Origin: an uncultured virus (IMG/VR IMGVR_UViG_3300030616_000579) | Lineage: Duplodnaviria; Heunggongvirae; Uroviricota; Caudoviricetes | DNA length: 64,000 nt | Reading direction: 5' to 3' (one strand) | Virus record (IMG/VR): IMGVR_UViG_3300030616_000579 | Shown here: positions 1 through 9,035 of the stretch, one piece after another | How the letters are laid out: every line of letters starts with the position of its first letter | Numbering within the stretch: position 1 is the stretch's first letter | Program-made: the position numbers and the translations under genes | The notes under the pieces: generated by a model | Database searches by the model: none | The model's input: only the letters and a program-made list of their open reading frames with translations | Told to the model about the DNA's origin: nothing

Positions 1-1
1 T

Positions 2-397
2 CCACGCATTCCAACCACCTTGTAAATTATAAATCTCACCATATGTATGATTCAGTAACTCACAACAAAATGTTTCACCTAACGTACCATCAACACTATA
101 CACTACAATATCACTCGTGTAATTGTAGAACATTGATGAATCTGTGCTTCTGATTGCACCTGGAAGATGGCCTTGTTTAAATTGACAAGTACCACAACCC
201 TCAAGTCCTCGAATATCTACAACTGTAATGTTTTCTGATGTGTTAATCAATTCTTTTACCTCTGTTACATTAATAGTTTCATAGAAAGTAGTATATTGTG
301 GCGTTGACAAATCTTCGTATATCTCCATTGTTATAAAAATAAAAATTATAGCACAAATCGAAAAGACGACAATATCTAGTACTCTTCCTTTTTCCAT
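2..397 (-). CDS. Membrane-anchored rhodanese-like domain protein (3' partial, runs off the window)
   Basis: Hand translation from ATG at 397: N-terminal TM segment, VVDIRGLEGCGTCQFKQGHLPGA and YNLQGGWNAW rhodanese signatures. Confidence 0.8.
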   Translation of the reverse strand, partial: MEKGRVLDIVVFSICAIIFIFITMEIYEDLSTPQYTTFYETINVTEVKELINTSENITVVDIRGLEGCGTCQFKQGHLPGAIRSTDSSMFYNYTSDIVVYSVDGTLGETFCCELLNHTYGEIYNLQGGWNAW

Positions 398-408
398 AGG
401 ATTTAGCG

Positions 409-465
409 GGGTAACAAGTAAGGTGAGTGGTGAGGAGATGTGATTTTAAAAGCCTCTTGTTACCC
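409..465 (-). other. Intergenic hairpin with anti-Shine-Dalgarno-like loop
   Basis: Perfect 10-bp inverted repeat gggtaacaag (409-418)/cttgttaccc (456-465); minus-strand loop contains CAUCUCCUCACCACUCACCU. Confidence 0.5.
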
Positions 466-475
466 TATCGCCTCC

Positions 476-1087
476 TTATTCCCATCCTTCAACAAAATTT
501 TTCATTTCTCTCCTGTCCTTATCACCGAATGGTAAATTCAGATAATGTTGCAATGCAGTAAGTTGTGTATGCCCCTGTGATAAGAAAACCTGATTGAACT
601 TATCTGGATAGAATGTTATCAACCAGGACTCCCACGTCTTTCTTGTTGTCTTTGGTGACATGTAATCTGGATATAACTTGCCTTTTAACATCCAACGTTT
701 TAGATTTTCCCTCCATGTTGCATAATCAGGTAGTGAAGTTTTGGACTTCAAGTAATGTGATATTGCACGTTTTCCAATTGGATTCAAATGGATGTATCGT
801 TCACTTACTGTTGCTTTTTTCTTTTTTGCACCAATTTTCGTTAAATGGATGGTTTCACCATTGAACCATTCAGGATGTTTGTAAAGTCTAACAATTTCAA
901 CATACCTACAGCCACTGTACAATAATGCTTCGAATTTATTAACATAATCAAGCTTTGGAATATTGTCAATTAAAATTTTACATTCGTAAGGTCGCAAAAT
1001 TCGTGTGTTTGACTTGAAAATCAAATCACTCTTTTTTTGCAAAAACCCATCACTTTCTTGTGGTTCTGAGTTGTTATTTTCGTCCAT
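476..1087 (-). CDS. Tyrosine recombinase, catalytic domain only
   Basis: LLYSGCRYVEI (catalytic R), SPKTTRKTW (xxR box, K in place of H), QGHT, QHYL (catalytic Y); 203 aa. Confidence 0.8.
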   Translation of the reverse strand: MDENNNSEPQESDGFLQKKSDLIFKSNTRILRPYECKILIDNIPKLDYVNKFEALLYSGCRYVEIVRLYKHPEWFNGETIHLTKIGAKKKKATVSERYIHLNPIGKRAISHYLKSKTSLPDYATWRENLKRWMLKGKLYPDYMSPKTTRKTWESWLITFYPDKFNQVFLSQGHTQLTALQHYLNLPFGDKDRREMKNFVEGWE

Positions 1088-1144
1088 TTATCCTTATCTC
1101 TCCATATATGGTCGCCACACTTTTATTGATAAAGTGATGGATTT

Positions 1145-1336
1145 TCATTTTTCCTTCAGTTTTCCAACCGTCTTCCAACATTTTTCACAAACAATGTAAT
1201 ACTCACCATCTTTAATTATACCCTCAAAATGAGCACCACAACATTTGCTATGGAAAAATTTGGCTTCCTCTCCACAATCACATCTAAGTATTTTGTTCCT
1301 CAGCATCCTCATCACCTTTTTGTTTACGTGCTCCAC
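1145..1336 (-). CDS. Small Cys-rich zinc-finger-like protein
   Basis: CDC, HSKCC and CEKC motifs; co-oriented. Confidence 0.55.
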   Translation of the reverse strand: MEHVNKKVMRMLRNKILRCDCGEEAKFFHSKCCGAHFEGIIKDGEYYIVCEKCWKTVGKLKEK

Positions 1337-1526
1337 TTTTTCGCATTGTACCTTTTTTGAAAAACATTGTCTGCAGATTAAACTTTACCTTTGACCAAAC
1401 ACTCTTTCGTTCAGGTGAAATAAACCCTCTGCGTTCAACACACATCTTACTTCCCTTCATCACGCTAGGCAAGCCTTTCCTGTTACACTTACCACAATGC
1501 CTACAATTTATCTTATCATAATCCAT
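1284..1526 (-). CDS. Small Cys-containing hypothetical protein
   Basis: CRHCGKC; GGTGGT RBS upstream. Confidence 0.5.
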   Translation of the reverse strand: MDYDKINCRHCGKCNRKGLPSVMKGSKMCVERRGFISPERKSVWSKVKFNLQTMFFKKGTMRKSGARKQKGDEDAEEQNT

Positions 1527-1584
1527 CTCGACACCACCATTGCAAATACATATATGAATATCGTGTTAATAAGTTTTATCTTTT

Positions 1585-2961
1585 TCATATCCACCAATCA
1601 ACACTCTTTTGCGGATTCTTTTCCATATTCTTCAATCTATACATTGATTCATCCTTCTCAACCACATCATCACATATTTTCAAAAGCTCCCTACGGTACT
1701 TACTATAAGGCGTTTGACATCCCATCCCAGAACCTGATTCTTTTGCACGTAGGCGTAATATCTCATCCTTTCCAATGATTGGTCTTTGAGCAAACAAACT
1801 CTTCACATCGTTCAACACTTTCGATTTATCTACATCCTTCAACTTATCAGCTGTCTTTGCATACTCATTGATATTCCATTCGTACATTTCCAAATACTGC
1901 ATCGCAAGATTCTTCCATTTGTATTTTTCCAAATCAAAATTTTTGCTAGCTAATCCACCCATGTTTTCAATAACATACTGCAAATCATCCAACGTATATG
2001 TATCCTGTCCTAACATTTCTGGATAGAAGATTTTGTTACTAGTTATAGGAATGTTATCACAATACAGTGCTTCCAGGAATGCAATACTCCATTGATTCTG
2101 TCCATTGTGCAATCCAAAACAGATATCACTCTTCCACAATAACTCAATATACTCTTTGTAGCTGTATCCACCTTCTTTCATTTTCAAAAATGGATACTTC
2201 CCTAATGCACTTCTTGTAAGTGATACACTCGGATTCGTGAATATCAACTGGAACTTCACACCATCATCCCAAATCTTCTGGCACTTCTTCAGCAACGTTT
2301 CATACCCAGTATATTGTGATATTCTGTGATTAAACACCAACGTTGGAACATCAAACTTATCTGTTGTTTTCATTTCATCCAGTTCTTTATCGTTGAATCC
2401 AACATTGAGAATTTTTAACTTCTTTGATATCTCATCAAACACATCGTCATTGTAAACTTGCGTAGCACTGTCCAAAATCAAGCGTTTACCGTACTTGCTG
2501 TTGCAATAAGTATTATAGCACCAGTAAATCGAACTGAACATAGCCCATTGTTGAGCTGTAACATCGTCACTCGTATCAATCCAGTGAACATAGTTCACGA
2601 TTGGAATATCAAAGTGCGATTTGTAACAAAATAGATTCTTGAAGTTGTTTCCCAGTATCACTTCGTTGCAGATAACAAGGTCGTAATCCCGTCTCCACAT
2701 GTCCATCAGTTTCCACAACTGATTGGTATCAAAGTGAAACTTGTGGCCACTTCCACTGGAATAGTTGTACTTCAACAATGTTAACCTATCTGATTCCAAT
2801 GGTTTCACCAATGGATATTGGTCAAAAGGTACTGTAAGATAGAAATGAATATCGTCACGTTTCTTCAGTATTTCTTGTATCACATTTCTTTGTACGTGGA
2901 AACCACTGTCCGCCCATATAGAACGTTCATTACTAACGTTCAAAAAATCAAATATTCTCAT
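1585..2961 (-). CDS. GT-B glycosyltransferase (GT4/GTDC1-like) with C-terminal PIP-box-like motif
   Basis: VFNHRI...YIELLWKSDI...SIAFLEALYCDNIP...YPEML GT-B nucleotide-binding domain; ends QKSVDWWI. Confidence 0.75.
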   Translation of the reverse strand: MRIFDFLNVSNERSIWADSGFHVQRNVIQEILKKRDDIHFYLTVPFDQYPLVKPLESDRLTLLKYNYSSGSGHKFHFDTNQLWKLMDMWRRDYDLVICNEVILGNNFKNLFCYKSHFDIPIVNYVHWIDTSDDVTAQQWAMFSSIYWCYNTYCNSKYGKRLILDSATQVYNDDVFDEISKKLKILNVGFNDKELDEMKTTDKFDVPTLVFNHRISQYTGYETLLKKCQKIWDDGVKFQLIFTNPSVSLTRSALGKYPFLKMKEGGYSYKEYIELLWKSDICFGLHNGQNQWSIAFLEALYCDNIPITSNKIFYPEMLGQDTYTLDDLQYVIENMGGLASKNFDLEKYKWKNLAMQYLEMYEWNINEYAKTADKLKDVDKSKVLNDVKSLFAQRPIIGKDEILRLRAKESGSGMGCQTPYSKYRRELLKICDDVVEKDESMYRLKNMEKNPQKSVDWWI

Positions 2962-3311
2962 AATAACACGTGCAACATCATATCGTTGTAAAAATCAATC
3001 GTTGTCTCATAGCCGTATGTTGTACCATTGTCAACATACCAAGCTCGTATATCATATGTATCATCTTTCAACAACACTGTAAATGGCAAATTGATATCTC
3101 CCTCGAAGTCACTCGCACCATCAGAACCAATAATTGCTATACTGAATGCTTCTCTCACATCACACTCGAATGACAAATAATGTTGTTCTGAAGAATGTAT
3201 TGTATTATCTGGTTGTAACAAAACATACATACCAATCACCACAACAATAACAATACCAAGAACAAACCATCCTCTATACTCATCAAAAAGTTCTGTTACC
3301 ATACTATCCAA
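2958..3311 (-). CDS. Membrane-anchored hypothetical protein
   Basis: One N-terminal TM segment, beta-rich C-terminus; overlaps neighbours. Confidence 0.6.
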   Translation of the reverse strand: MDSMVTELFDEYRGWFVLGIVIVVVIGMYVLLQPDNTIHSSEQHYLSFECDVREAFSIAIIGSDGASDFEGDINLPFTVLLKDDTYDIRAWYVDNGTTYGYETTIDFYNDMMLHVLL

Positions 3312-3546
3312 ACATCCTTCCTATATCTTTTAACACTTCATCTTCTGTTTCTTTCTTTTCTAATTTCTCAAGGCGTTGGAGAACGTTCAACAACGTATTC
3401 TGGTTTACTCTCATCGCATTTGCCGTTATTTTTATCTCTTTGTCCATTCGTTCCATTTTTTGCATCCGCAGTTTCTCCAACTCTAGCTGTCTTTGATACT
3501 CCAACTCCTTTTTGCTAATCTTCTTCTTGAACCACATCCTCTTCAT
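3304..3546 (-). CDS. Small coiled-coil protein
   Basis: E/K/L heptad-like composition. Confidence 0.55.
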   Translation of the reverse strand: MKRMWFKKKISKKELEYQRQLELEKLRMQKMERMDKEIKITANAMRVNQNTLLNVLQRLEKLEKKETEDEVLKDIGRMFG

Positions 3547-4258
3547 TCCCCCCTAGTATTTTACAATAGAACCGATAATTACATGTTCTGCATCCTTTAT
3601 CAGTCCTAGGTTGTTTTGGAAAATTACATTCCAATATATCATTCAATAATGATTCAACTTCCTTGCCAACTTCCTCCTGTTTTTTATCATTAAATTTTAC
3701 ACATCGCCATTGATTTGGATAGAGAAAAAAGAAATAAAAATGTGTCAATTTTTCTCCGAATTTTGATTCAAACAGTTTCCTATATACATGAGCTTGCATT
3801 CTGTACTCATATGATAGTGTTGCATATCTATTTGTTTTCCAGTCAATAACTTTGTGGTTCTGTAAATCAACATAGTCTATAAACCCATAAAGACCTTCTC
3901 CGTTAATTTCAACCTCTGTGAATGGTTTTGTACCTATTCCATTTGTTATGTTCTTATGTTCCCATTCTGCATGATGTAAGAGACAATCATATGCTTTCCT
4001 CAACTGTTCTGCTGGCAATGTCAAATCCCATTGTTCCTTCAATGCACCATATGATTTTATCAGTATATCATCAACCGTTCCTTCTGATACATAATAATGT
4101 CTGTAGTACTCATCAATTGCATCGTGAACATACCGTCCTACATCAAGTACGTCTTGACTAAAAAACATTGGTTCAGCCAAATCTACATAATGAAGTTTAT
4201 ATGCAAATGGACATCTCCTGTATAAAGATAAACCACTCTGACTAATTCCTCTGTTCAT
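3515..4258 (-). CDS. PD-(D/E)XK nuclease, Cas4/RecB-like with Fe-S cysteines
   Basis: SQSGL...CP, GRYVH, E...GFIDYV...IDWKT, QAHVY, C-terminal CRTCNYRFYC. Confidence 0.85.
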   Translation of the reverse strand: MNRGISQSGLSLYRRCPFAYKLHYVDLAEPMFFSQDVLDVGRYVHDAIDEYYRHYYVSEGTVDDILIKSYGALKEQWDLTLPAEQLRKAYDCLLHHAEWEHKNITNGIGTKPFTEVEINGEGLYGFIDYVDLQNHKVIDWKTNRYATLSYEYRMQAHVYRKLFESKFGEKLTHFYFFFLYPNQWRCVKFNDKKQEEVGKEVESLLNDILECNFPKQPRTDKGCRTCNYRFYCKILGGNEEDVVQEED

Positions 4259-4436
4259 ATTTTTTAGCCCATATCTTAATTTGTTTTAACGCACTAATAT
4301 CATATTTTGGGTTGCACAGTCTTCTATACTCATGATAACAATCTCTGCAACAAAAGTGCAGTTTGTTTTTCGCAATAGACGAGTTTTTCCTAGAAAATTC
4401 CTTGCCACATTTTGGGTTATCACATTTTAAATACAT
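4242..4436 (-). CDS. Treble-clef/TRASH-like zinc finger protein
   Basis: CDNPKCGKEF...HFCCRDC. Confidence 0.65.
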   Translation of the reverse strand: MYLKCDNPKCGKEFSRKNSSIAKNKLHFCCRDCYHEYRRLCNPKYDISALKQIKIWAKKYEQRN

Positions 4437-4539
4437 AGTCCTCCTTCCATAACAAATTTAACAATCAAAGCCAGAATAAAAAATATTGTTAACGTAACAA
4501 CAAATTTGAGTGTTTCATCCCAATTACACATCATATCGT

Positions 4540-4992
4540 TCACATTTTTCCCTCCTTAGGCCATCCAACAACATGCAACAATAGACCTGCAACACCTCCT
4601 ATACCTATGCCAAGATGTTCGATATATACACCATATACAAGAATGACGACAGATAAAGGCACCAAAAAAACATATGGAAACAACCCAATCTTTCTTCTGT
4701 CTTCCATAAATTTTTTCCTAGAACTATGATGACTGATTTCAAATCCCATCATTATTTTTGTGCGATACCACTTTGGTGTATATCCAAGTCTAATGGCTTC
4801 ATAATAATGCAAGAACTCGTGTGTAAATCCTATAGCTAATGCAATAATTATTGCAATCAACGTGTTTATAACGATAGGAATTTCAAAATACCGTTCTATA
4901 GAAAACACAACTAACATTAGTATACACAAAATAATTATTGATTTTGTAACCCATTGTTTAATACCCAGTTTGGTCTCCTCTTCCTCACTCAA
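4540..4992 (-). CDS. Membrane zincin-like metalloprotease (DUF3267/M50-like)
   Basis: HEFLH at the end of a TM helix; about four hydrophobic segments. Confidence 0.6.
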   Translation of the reverse strand: MSEEEETKLGIKQWVTKSIIILCILMLVVFSIERYFEIPIVINTLIAIIIALAIGFTHEFLHYYEAIRLGYTPKWYRTKIMMGFEISHHSSRKKFMEDRRKIGLFPYVFLVPLSVVILVYGVYIEHLGIGIGGVAGLLLHVVGWPKEGKM

Positions 4993-5006
4993 TGTTTCTC
5001 ACCACC

Positions 5007-5978
5007 TTATTCATATTGTTGTATTAAATATACCATATATGTCTTCAGTTGAATATATGGACTTGCACCCATTGAAATCCTAAATTCCACATCACCAAGT
5101 TTTGATAATGCATTCAACTTTGCTTTCATCGGGAGTGTTTTGGAACTCTTTATCAATCGTTCCAACGACTCAAGTATTTCTGTTGGTTCATACACGTTAA
5201 CATTTAACAATTTATTAACTTGTTTATCAACAGCATCAAGGTCTCCTTTTTTGATACCTATTAACAATGTACGAACAAAATCATCATTAACATAACTAGT
5301 AACTTCATAAATTTTCTCATCATCTATATCTGTAACACCAGACAACTTCAATGTATTCAACGTATTCAATGCTCTTCGCATAGAACCATTTGATAACGCA
5401 CACAAAGTAGAAACAGCAGAACTAGTAATATCTATTCCCTCTTTCTGTACAACCTGGTTAACCATCGGTATCATTTCATTTGTATTAATTGCACGAAACC
5501 GAAATACAACACACCTATCAATAATCGGGTCTATAACTTTATGTGGATAATTACAACTAATAATAAATCTGCACTTATCAGAATTCATCTCTATAACTCT
5601 TCGTAAAGCATTTTGTGCTGGCGGAGTAATTGAATCAGCCTCGTCAAGAAAAATAATTTTGAACTCATGTCCTATAATCTTAACACGTGCATACCCTTTT
5701 ACTCTCTCACGAACAGTGTCAATACCTCTATCATCTGATGCATTGATTTCTATAAAGAACTGTCTCCAATTTTCACCGTACAACTCTCTTGCAAGTGCCT
5801 TTGCTGTCGTTGTCTTCCCTGTTCCAGGTGGGCCACTAAACAACATATGCGGTACGTTCTTATTCTCAACAAACTTTTTGATGTATGAAAGAATATGGTT
5901 CTGTCCTACTATTGAATCCAATGTTTTTGGACGATATTTTTCTGCAAGAACAGATACATCAGTAGTACTCATATTCAT
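5007..5978 (-). CDS. rfcS: Replication factor C small subunit (clamp loader)
   Basis: EKYRPKTL, GPPGTGKT, EINASDDRGID, LDEAD, AQNALRR, DRC (SRC variant). Confidence 0.95.
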   Translation of the reverse strand: MNMSTTDVSVLAEKYRPKTLDSIVGQNHILSYIKKFVENKNVPHMLFSGPPGTGKTTTAKALARELYGENWRQFFIEINASDDRGIDTVRERVKGYARVKIIGHEFKIIFLDEADSITPPAQNALRRVIEMNSDKCRFIISCNYPHKVIDPIIDRCVVFRFRAINTNEMIPMVNQVVQKEGIDITSSAVSTLCALSNGSMRRALNTLNTLKLSGVTDIDDEKIYEVTSYVNDDFVRTLLIGIKKGDLDAVDKQVNKLLNVNVYEPTEILESLERLIKSSKTLPMKAKLNALSKLGDVEFRISMGASPYIQLKTYMVYLIQQYE

Positions 5979-6159
5979 CCCTGAAAAAGCGTTTTAAAAT
6001 ATAGTATGATGACAAAATAGCAATATACCCCAATGCAATAATGATAAATCCTGCACTCTGGAGAAACACAATTAAGTTTTTGCTTATCACTAAACCAACT
6101 ATCGTTATGATAGTCCATATAAAAAACAATATTAACATTACACCTCCAAACATATTCAT
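5959..6159 (-). CDS. Small two-TM membrane protein
   Basis: Two hydrophobic segments; co-oriented. Confidence 0.5.
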   Translation of the reverse strand: MNMFGGVMLILFFIWTIITIVGLVISKNLIVFLQSAGFIIIALGYIAILSSYYILKRFFRDEYEYY

Positions 6160-6163
6160 TTTA

Positions 6164-7234
6164 TCACTTCTGTTGAATCACAAAAAAGTAATACGCTAAA
6201 AATAGTATCACTACAATAAATATAACATACACTACTACTGCAAAAACAGGAATTCCTTCTGAATCATCAATATCTGTATCATTCGTATCGGGTATCTCTG
6301 TATCATTACCGTCACCATCAGGTGGTTCTTCAACATCGTTTACTATAACCAATGCAGTAGCATTGTTACTACTTCCGTTATTATCAACAACTGTTAGACG
6401 TAAAAGATACTCACCTGGTGAACTATAAATATGTTCCAAAAAAGAACAATCACATAAATCATCAGCTCCATCACCAGTATCCCAAATATACGTCACTATC
6501 TCTCCATCAGTATCATAACTGTTTCCACCTTCAAATTCCATTGTTTCACCAACAGTGCCAGTATATGTTTCTTCCAGAACTGCAACTGGAGGTTCGTTTG
6601 GGGGAGGCAAAGGAGGCGATGAACCACCTCCTCCGTTATCACCATCTCCATCACCGCCACCATTTGGAGGTTCTTCTCCGTTTCCTCCATTCCCTCCTGG
6701 GTCTCCGTTTTCACCAAGTATAGTAACATTCGTATTATTCCAATATGCACCATCAGAAATTGCAACCTCAAACCCTGGATTTCCACCCACATTTGCAGGC
6801 ATCACAAAGTGAACATTACCTGGATTTTTTGCTCTGAACTTAAATGCAACATAAGGATGATGCCCTGTTATCTCCTCTGTATTAAATGCCATAACATACA
6901 CTATTTTCCCTGTATGTACATCACCATCATCCTTTAACATCCACATCATTTCTGGAAATGTTGCATTATATGACTCCCCTGGAACACCACCTTCATTTGG
7001 CACTAACTCCACTAAATCATTCTCCCACGTTAACTCTCTTATAGTAAAACTTGTAATTGGAAAATCAACAGTACAATACAGTGTTACATAAAACTCATCG
7101 TCTACATGAACAACCGATTCATCGGCAACTAACTCTGCATACCCAATATCTCCCGTTTGTTCTCCATAATCATCTGCTGAAACACCAGTAAAAAAAACTC
7201 CCACCAATATCAAAAAGACGATAACTCCTCTCAT
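6164..7234 (-). CDS. Surface glycoprotein: signal peptide, cohesin-like domain, G/P linker, PKD domain, C-terminal TM anchor
   Basis: NEPPVA...SYDTDGEIVTYIWDTGDG...HIYSSPGEYLLRLTVVDNNG PKD signature; several N-x-S/T; start placed at ATG 7234, just downstream of a TATA-like box. Confidence 0.8.
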   Translation of the reverse strand: MRGVIVFLILVGVFFTGVSADDYGEQTGDIGYAELVADESVVHVDDEFYVTLYCTVDFPITSFTIRELTWENDLVELVPNEGGVPGESYNATFPEMMWMLKDDGDVHTGKIVYVMAFNTEEITGHHPYVAFKFRAKNPGNVHFVMPANVGGNPGFEVAISDGAYWNNTNVTILGENGDPGGNGGNGEEPPNGGGDGDGDNGGGGSSPPLPPPNEPPVAVLEETYTGTVGETMEFEGGNSYDTDGEIVTYIWDTGDGADDLCDCSFLEHIYSSPGEYLLRLTVVDNNGSSNNATALVIVNDVEEPPDGDGNDTEIPDTNDTDIDDSEGIPVFAVVVYVIFIVVILFLAYYFFVIQQK

Positions 7235-7293
7235 ACATTTGTAAATAAACGATACATATTTAATCCTTTTTGTTTTTTTAATATTTTTCATTT

Positions 7294-8673
7294 TCACACT
7301 CTCTGAAACATTTTATTAACATCAAAGATAGAAAACTTTTTTATTGATGTTCCAACATATTTTTTCAAAAATTTATACGGGTGTTTCCACAACAACCTTT
7401 TGTTAAATTTTACATTAAATGAATGCACCAACTGTTCAAGTTCGGTATCGGGAATTTCTGGATGTGGTATCGTCACTTTTATGTAATTAATTTTATTCAA
7501 ATCAACGATATCTTTGTACTCTTCATATATTCGACTTCCAGGCAACGGTGTAATAATATGAAACGATGCAGAATCAAAGTTGACATTTTTTGCATATTCA
7601 AAATCATTAATCATATCTTGTTTTGTTTGTTCAGGAAACCCACAGACAAAAAATGCATGGACATCAATATTTAACAAATGGCAATAATCAACCAATGGTT
7701 TCACTTTATCGACATGTAATGGTTTATTGATAACATCATGTAATATTTTTATGTTTGTTGTCTCTACTGGAAAAGTTAATTGATAACACCCTGCACTTTT
7801 CATAAACGCTAGTACTTCTCTGTCTAATCCATCAACCCATATTCCACCTGGATTTGACCATGCAATGTTTAAAGGCATAAACCCTTTCATTATCTCTAAC
7901 GTTCTCTGTTTGTCAAATACCAAATTCTCATCTATAATATTTATTTCTTCAACATCGTACTTTTCCTTCAACAATCGCACTTCATCAATAACACTTTTCG
8001 CTGTTCTCCCTCGCCACTTCCCGTGAAAATTTGTTGTAGCACAAAACACACATTTGAATGGACACCCTCTCGATGTAACTATTTGTGTTACTCGATTGTA
8101 TGGCGAAAAAATATTTTCAGGCATATTTATCTTCAAATATCTCTCCATAGGTAATAAATCCCGAGCAGGAAAAGGAAGTGTATTGATATCTATCGGTTGT
8201 TTCTGTATAATTCCCTTCTTTCTTTGTCGAACAACTTCTAACATTGCTTGTTCGCCTTCACCAACTACAACAGTATCAACAGATTTTTCTGCAAGTGTCT
8301 CCTTTGAAAAAACTGATGGGTGACAACCGCCCATAACTGTATGAATCTTCGAGTTCACTTGTTTTGCTATCTCACATACCTTTAATGCATTGTTTCGTTG
8401 TGTTGTCATCAAACATGATACACCAACAAAATCAGGGTTATATTCTGTAATTCTCTCCCCTATTTCATCAAACGATAAACCAAACCGTTTCTGTCCTTGT
8501 CCAACCTCTTGTTCCTGGTCATATCCCTCGACAACACAATCTAATAGTTTGACATCTATTCCATTTTCTCGCAAGTAGGCACCGATATATGCAATGCCTA
8601 GAGGAACCATACACCTTTTCTTTGATTGCGATGGTTGTACAAATGGTGGGAAAATTAACATTACTTTTTCCAT
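7294..8673 (-). CDS. Cobalamin-binding radical SAM enzyme (class B methyltransferase-like)
   Basis: PLGIAYIGA, VGVS, MGGCHPS, GEGE B12 domain; TSRGCPFKCVFC. Confidence 0.9.
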   Translation of the reverse strand: MEKVMLIFPPFVQPSQSKKRCMVPLGIAYIGAYLRENGIDVKLLDCVVEGYDQEQEVGQGQKRFGLSFDEIGERITEYNPDFVGVSCLMTTQRNNALKVCEIAKQVNSKIHTVMGGCHPSVFSKETLAEKSVDTVVVGEGEQAMLEVVRQRKKGIIQKQPIDINTLPFPARDLLPMERYLKINMPENIFSPYNRVTQIVTSRGCPFKCVFCATTNFHGKWRGRTAKSVIDEVRLLKEKYDVEEINIIDENLVFDKQRTLEIMKGFMPLNIAWSNPGGIWVDGLDREVLAFMKSAGCYQLTFPVETTNIKILHDVINKPLHVDKVKPLVDYCHLLNIDVHAFFVCGFPEQTKQDMINDFEYAKNVNFDSASFHIITPLPGSRIYEEYKDIVDLNKINYIKVTIPHPEIPDTELEQLVHSFNVKFNKRLLWKHPYKFLKKYVGTSIKKFSIFDVNKMFQRV

Positions 8674-9035
8674 AACTTCCTCAATTCCGTTCCACTCTGT
8701 CCTATTCCTTCTGAACGTTCTGTTTTTTTAACTGATAACCCAAGATTTAATCCCCACAACAACACGTCATCATTACCAGATGCTAGAACATCAAAAGAAG
8801 GAAAATCTTTCAAGTCTTTGTAATCAGTGAGAACGCCATCGAACAAATAATATTCCACTCGTCTTCCAAATATAGTAAAAAATATTTCTCGTACTTTCTT
8901 TTGCGGTAACACTCGTGGCGTATCTTGACTGATACCAATAACAACCGAGTACCCCTCTCGCATTAATTTAGAAATTGTTAGTACATGTCCTATATGTGGT
9001 GGTTGAAATTTCCCTGGGAAAAATACTGTATTCAT
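8661..9035 (-). CDS. Cytidylyltransferase-like (HIGH) nucleotidyltransferase
   Basis: FPGKFQPPHIGH and SGTELR; start at ATG 9035 overlapping the upstream TGA. Confidence 0.8.
   Translation of the reverse strand: MNTVFFPGKFQPPHIGHVLTISKLMREGYSVVIGISQDTPRVLPQKKVREIFFTIFGRRVEYYLFDGVLTDYKDLKDFPSFDVLASGNDDVLLWGLNLGLSVKKTERSEGIGQSGTELRKLWKK

Noticed and set aside
3515..4258. CRISPR-Cas system suggested by the Cas4-like gene
   Set aside because: No cas1/cas2 and no repeat-spacer array seen; stand-alone Cas4-like nucleases are common in archaeal viruses
6590..6710. GC-rich ccacc/cctcc low-complexity tract as a DNA repeat element
   Set aside because: Explained by the Gly/Pro linker codons of the PKD protein
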